Source: an uncultured virus (IMG/VR IMGVR_UViG_3300026521_000636) (taxonomy: Duplodnaviria; Heunggongvirae; Uroviricota; Caudoviricetes). From it: a stretch of 64,000 nucleotides of DNA. Shown here piece after piece: positions 60,009 to 64,000 of the stretch. A program made the translations under genes and the position numbers. The stretch lies in IMG/VR virus record IMGVR_UViG_3300026521_000636; one strand, written 5' to 3'. Every line of letters starts with the position of its first letter. Within the stretch, counting starts at the first letter, position 1. The notes under the pieces were generated by a model. That model made no database searches. It was not told the DNA's origin and saw only the letters and a list, made by a program, of their open reading frames with translations.

Positions 60009-60923
60009 ATGGCAGTAATTCAAAATATATTCAAAAATCTTGAATACAAATTAAATATGACCGAAGAAATAAAACTTTTCAAATGGTCAAATAAAAATAT
60101 TAAAGAAAAATTAGCGGAATTAATGGATTGGAATGAACAATATTCACCAGAAGCAGTTATTGTTAAAGCAGCTGAGCAAATTTTAGAATTAAATTATCCT
60201 AATGATTATTTAAAGTATTCTGCTATGCAGCAAAAATTTAAACACTCACATCCATTTTATATTGAAAATACCGTTGATGATGTATCGGGATTTATTGATT
60301 GGGTGAATAGTGTATTTGACCATTTTGATGGGCTTCAAGAAGGTTTATTAGGTGGATTAGTAGTAACTCCAGCTATTGAGGGGTCTATGATTTCATGCGA
60401 ATATGAAAAAGGGAAACTTGTAAGAGTACTTAACAAGGGTGATGGAGATGACGCAGAGATGATTATTAATATGATGGATTTATCATCAATCCCACAAGAA
60501 ATTTCAGTTAAGAAAAATATAGCTGTTAGAGGAATAGTCACCCTTAAAGATCCAAATAAAAAGAATAAAGGACAAACTGTTACATCGGCTGTTAATTCAA
60601 TAATGTTTGCAGATAATGCTGATGATAGTAATCTAGTATTCATACCTAATGAATGGCTTGCTGCTGACGGTAAATGGCAGAATACTTCAAAAACATATCA
60701 AATACTTAAAGATAATGGATTTATTGTTCCAGCAGTACATAAGGCTGCACAAGTTATTGAGGCTCTTGAAAAATATGAAGAATACATTGCAACAGATTTT
60801 GGTTATGAATTAATGGGTTGTAGAATTGAAGTAGAAAAATCAGATACAATTAATGAGCTTATTGACATTATGAAAGAAGAAAATCTTTCAGATTATCAAC
60901 ATAAAATAATTTTGATGGGATAA
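60009..60923 (+). CDS. degenerate NAD-dependent DNA ligase adenylation-domain homolog
   Basis: YEKGKLVRVLNKGDG..E, VRG, GF and FKHSHP match LigA, but KxDG is replaced by AIEG; no OB/HhH/BRCT domains. Confidence 0.65.
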   Translation: MAVIQNIFKNLEYKLNMTEEIKLFKWSNKNIKEKLAELMDWNEQYSPEAVIVKAAEQILELNYPNDYLKYSAMQQKFKHSHPFYIENTVDDVSGFIDWVNSVFDHFDGLQEGLLGGLVVTPAIEGSMISCEYEKGKLVRVLNKGDGDDAEMIINMMDLSSIPQEISVKKNIAVRGIVTLKDPNKKNKGQTVTSAVNSIMFADNADDSNLVFIPNEWLAADGKWQNTSKTYQILKDNGFIVPAVHKAAQVIEALEKYEEYIATDFGYELMGCRIEVEKSDTINELIDIMKEENLSDYQHKIILMG

Positions 60924-60942
60924 AGGTTTTATACCTTTATCC
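60918..60942. terminator. bidirectional hairpin between convergent genes
   Basis: GGATAAAGGT / ACCTTTATCC. Confidence 0.65.
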
Positions 60943-61218
60943 ATTATATCTGAATGGTTCACTATCAATCGTTATTGTCCCTTCAGATGAATCTGTATCT
61001 CCTGCAAATAATGAATCCTCTTTATTTTCACCATCTTGAATGAATGTCCATATTAATGTATTACCTTTAGTTTTAAATTTCAAATTTTTAATTTCGATAC
61101 CTAATTCTTCAGCATACTCAATTAAACTATCTTTTATATCAGCCTTAACCGCTTCCAATCCCTTATAATCATTTTTAACTTCTACACTATTACTCTCTAG
61201 TAAATCCTTTAATTTCAT
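60937..61218 (-). CDS. hypothetical protein (MKLKDLLE leader)
   Basis: CAT at 61216-61218 and TTA at 60937-60939 show minus strand; the track's + label is wrong. Confidence 0.75.
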   Translation of the reverse strand: MKLKDLLESNSVEVKNDYKGLEAVKADIKDSLIEYAEELGIEIKNLKFKTKGNTLIWTFIQDGENKEDSLFAGDTDSSEGTITIDSEPFRYNG

Positions 61219-61505
61219 TTGTTCTTCTCCTTATTTAATTTTTTATTTTTACCCCATTTTTTAAAAGTTTTAGCTAGGGTCGCTCTTTTTTTTAATAATA
61301 CCGCTTCATCATGATCTTTCTTTGAAGCTTTAGGATTATTTATAATTTTATCAGCTTTTTCAATAGCTGTTTTAATACAATCATAAGATGTTTTTCTAAA
61401 TCCCATATCTTCACATTGTTGAGTAAAAGCTCCAACTGTTCCTTTTTTCTTCATAGATTTAGCTACATCTTGAGCCCACCATTCATTTAATTGTTTTAAT
61501 TTCAC
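61215..61505 (-). CDS. hypothetical basic protein (MKLKQLNE leader)
   Basis: GTG start (CAC 61503-61505) with AGGAG on minus strand. Confidence 0.75.
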   Translation of the reverse strand: MKLKQLNEWWAQDVAKSMKKKGTVGAFTQQCEDMGFRKTSYDCIKTAIEKADKIINNPKASKKDHDEAVLLKKRATLAKTFKKWGKNKKLNKEKNK

Positions 61506-61514
61506 TTTGTACTC

Positions 61515-62069
61515 CTAAAATATAAATATTTCTTTAATTTCTGGCATTAACTCAGCAATATCACTACTAACAATCTCAGTCAAATTCTTATCTACATAAT
61601 TAATAAACTCGTTAATAAGTATTTTTGACTCCTTAATCATTTTATTTACTTGTTCTTCTTCAGGTTTATCCTCTATACCTTCAAATAAATAAAGGGCTGA
61701 AGTATCCAATTTATTATATATGGCATTCATAATTTGGTTATTTGTTTTTGAACCTATTTTAGAACCAAACATTAATGAACCTTTCAAATATCGTTCTCCA
61801 GGCGATCTAAAAGCAGACCCCATCCTAGTAACTGATATACCAAATTTAAAATATATTTGTAATGGATTCTTATCTGGAAATGCTGAAAACTCATAAATTA
61901 TATCTAATGTATCATTCCAACCTGTTCTAAGTTCTATTGCTTCGATACTAATACCATAATCTTTAAAAGAATTATCTATTTGAACTAAAAATTCATCTTT
62001 TGATTTTTTTAAATAAAAATATTGTATATCCTTACTGGGAAACATACCCAAATTATTGATAAATTCCAT
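61515..62069 (-). CDS. hypothetical protein
   Basis: CAT at 62067-62069, minus strand. Confidence 0.7.
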   Translation of the reverse strand: MEFINNLGMFPSKDIQYFYLKKSKDEFLVQIDNSFKDYGISIEAIELRTGWNDTLDIIYEFSAFPDKNPLQIYFKFGISVTRMGSAFRSPGERYLKGSLMFGSKIGSKTNNQIMNAIYNKLDTSALYLFEGIEDKPEEEQVNKMIKESKILINEFINYVDKNLTEIVSSDIAELMPEIKEIFIF

Positions 62070-62311
62070 TATATTTCCTGGATTATTATAGTATTCATAC
62101 CTAAATAAGAGATACTATATTTTCTCATTAGAGATGGTATAGAATTCATATCATCAACTATATTTTTAACTCTTTTCGATGGTAATGATACATCAATTTC
62201 GTACCCATTTGACTTTTTAAAGTATTTAACTTTTAAATTATTATTTTTAAAATATTCTTCAATATCACTTATTTTAGATTCATTTATCTTCAATATATTC
62301 TTTAATAGCAT
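62069..62311 (-). CDS. hypothetical protein (MLLKNILKINE leader)
   Basis: CAT at 62309-62311; AATAAATA upstream on minus strand. Confidence 0.7.
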   Translation of the reverse strand: MLLKNILKINESKISDIEEYFKNNNLKVKYFKKSNGYEIDVSLPSKRVKNIVDDMNSIPSLMRKYSISYLGMNTIIIQEI

Positions 62312-62420
62312 AGTATTTTAACCTTTTTTTCTTTTATTTATTAAAAAATTACTTTTTAGTACCAAAATTATAATTAATTTTGTAAAGTAATCTAAAAGAA
62401 CTATATTTTAAAGGCATAAT

Positions 62421-62975
62421 ATGATAATTAAAAAACATAGAAATAATTTAAATCTATTGAACTGCTCTAAAGAAGAAATGGAAAAGATACTTACTTTTCT
62501 AGAAAATGATATGGATACTTCACTAAAAATAGAAGAATATCCGACATGGGATAAATGGAGTGATCATATTAATATTATGGATCATGCCAATTCTTTAGGC
62601 GATATTTCCGAATTTAAACGTTCGGGAGTATATAAAATATACCATAAGAAAAAACTTATATATATTGGTGAAACTAGATGTGATGGTTCATTAAGTACTA
62701 AAGATCATAAAGTTAGAAATGGTATGTGGGCTAGAAGAGGAGATTTTAGAAGTACAGCGTTAAGTAATGGGACTGTTAAAAACCCATATGGTAATGCTTT
62801 ATCATTTCTTGAAAAGTTTGGGGTAGATGAATTAAAAAATGTAACTCATAGATTCCATGTTGTATCACCAGAATTTTGTCTTGAAGCTGAAACAGATTTA
62901 TTACAGCAATATTATGATAAACACAAAACATTACCAATATTACAAACCGAAATCGATTATAAGCGTGTTCAGTAA
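62421..62975 (+). CDS. GIY-YIG nuclease-domain protein
   Basis: SGVYKIY....IYIGET...R...E..LL..Y...H..LP. Confidence 0.7.
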   Translation: MIIKKHRNNLNLLNCSKEEMEKILTFLENDMDTSLKIEEYPTWDKWSDHINIMDHANSLGDISEFKRSGVYKIYHKKKLIYIGETRCDGSLSTKDHKVRNGMWARRGDFRSTALSNGTVKNPYGNALSFLEKFGVDELKNVTHRFHVVSPEFCLEAETDLLQQYYDKHKTLPILQTEIDYKRVQ

Positions 62976-63023
62976 TTTTTAAATAAAATGTAAAATATTA
63001 CTATAATCAATTAAAGGCTTAAA

Positions 63024-64000
63024 ATGAAATATGAATGTATAATGGATTTTGCATTAACCGATAATAAGGTTGGCGATATAGTAAATATTGAAAAAACGAA
63101 TGCCGGATACTTAGTAAATGATATTGAAATATTAGATTCTGAATCAACATACAAATATTTTAAAAAAAGAAAAATCCCAGGTTTTAACCATGCACCATTT
63201 AGCCATTCAAAAATGGAGACATGGGCTAGTTGTCCTAAAAAATTTGAATTTAATTACATCATTCGTCCACCTAGGGAATCTACACCCAACCCTATTTTAG
63301 AAAAAGGAACTTTATTTCACGCTGTTTTAGAGTTTGATATGGTAGATAAACTTGATGATTTTGATATTCCTGATAATTTTGAGGCTCTGTCTCGTGATGA
63401 TTGTGGAAAAATTATTACTCAAGCATTAGAATTTTCAGAAAATTCAGAAATTTACCAATGGATTAAAAATCTAAAAGGTAAAAAAGTACCAGAACAAGAA
63501 ATGTTCCTTGGACCAAATCTTGAACCTGTAGAATGTTTAGAAGATTCTTTAATACGAGGCTTTATAGACTTAATAATTTGGGATGATGAAACTGGTTCGT
63601 GTTATATATTTGATTGGAAAACAGGCGGCAAATCAAAAGAGGCTCTAAAAAAGTGGCCTAAATCAAAAGACCAATTAGAATTATATGCCATTTGGGCTCA
63701 TGAAGTTTATGGTGCTAGTTATATAGAAACTGCGTTTGTTTATGTAGAACATAATCATATGGCTAAATATACATTTGAATCTAAAGATATTCCTATACTC
63801 AAAAAAAAGTTTTTAAATAAAATAAATAATATTGAAAAAGATAAAACTTTTAATAAATCTATATCACAACTTTGTGCATGGTGCGATTTTAAAGAATTAT
63901 GCTTAGGTATTCCAGCAGATAAAAATCCAAGAGAAATAACTAAGGATGAAATATTTTCCGCAGCTAAAGGTACACCTAAAAAAAATAAATCAAATTCTAA
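63024..64000 (+). CDS. PD-(D/E)XK exonuclease, Cas4/RecB-like with Fe-S cysteines (3'-truncated; absent from ORF track)
   Basis: SHSKMETWASCPKKF, GTLFH, RGFIDL, FDWKTG, QLELYA, LCAWCDFKELC; frame runs off the window. Confidence 0.85.
   Translation, partial: MKYECIMDFALTDNKVGDIVNIEKTNAGYLVNDIEILDSESTYKYFKKRKIPGFNHAPFSHSKMETWASCPKKFEFNYIIRPPRESTPNPILEKGTLFHAVLEFDMVDKLDDFDIPDNFEALSRDDCGKIITQALEFSENSEIYQWIKNLKGKKVPEQEMFLGPNLEPVECLEDSLIRGFIDLIIWDDETGSCYIFDWKTGGKSKEALKKWPKSKDQLELYAIWAHEVYGASYIETAFVYVEHNHMAKYTFESKDIPILKKKFLNKINNIEKDKTFNKSISQLCAWCDFKELCLGIPADKNPREITKDEIFSAAKGTPKKNKSNS

Noticed and set aside
2364..60643. Short antisense or alternate-frame ORFs in the track (e.g. 2364, 3320, 17358, 21239, 31018, 32002, 46841, 55575, 60335)
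   Set aside because: They overlap well-supported genes, lack RBS or motifs, and are shadow frames
60937..62311. ORF track labels four ORFs as + strand
   Set aside because: Their start codons appear as CAT/CAC at the high coordinate and stops as TTA/CTA at the low coordinate, so they are minus-strand genes
1..64000. tRNA, rRNA, CRISPR array, group I intron or prophage integrase
   Set aside because: No cloverleaf, repeat-spacer pattern, intron-sized interruption or integrase motif recognised; intergenic gaps are short

Overview
Very AT-rich, gene-dense segment of a large T4-like (jumbo-type) myophage genome. Hallmarks include a gp52-type topoisomerase II subunit, gp41/DnaB and UvsW helicases, endonuclease VII, PhoH, GroEL, a sigma-like factor and TATAAATA late promoters. 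The host is probably a Campylobacterota member (inferred from the epsilon-type QueE and T-rich TGTATAAT promoters). The dominant feature is an expanded 7-deazaguanine/base-exchange modification system: six divergent TGT/DpdA-like transglycosylase paralogs (one split by a frameshift), QueE, a QueD-like enzyme, two GT-B glycosyltransferases, an FAD oxidoreductase/SDR pair and a radical SAM enzyme. All six transglycosylases and one glycosyltransferase end in a polar/acidic tail plus LF, resembling a sliding-clamp docking motif. Other notable items: two orphan split-intein halves (gp41 IntN and an atypically split UvsW IntC); a Seg-like homing endonuclease sitting between two copies of the phoH 3' end; phage-encoded GGDEF and GGDEF-EAL genes, one with a T4-style hairpin over its late promoter and RBS; counter-defence candidates (Acb1, NADAR, PncB-like, alarmone hydrolase); a catalytically degenerate NAD-ligase domain; and two recurrent terminal peptide motifs. 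The four ORFs at 60937-62311 are labelled + in the ORF track but lie on the minus strand. No tRNA, rRNA or CRISPR array was recognised. All calls come from motif recognition by eye, with no database searches.
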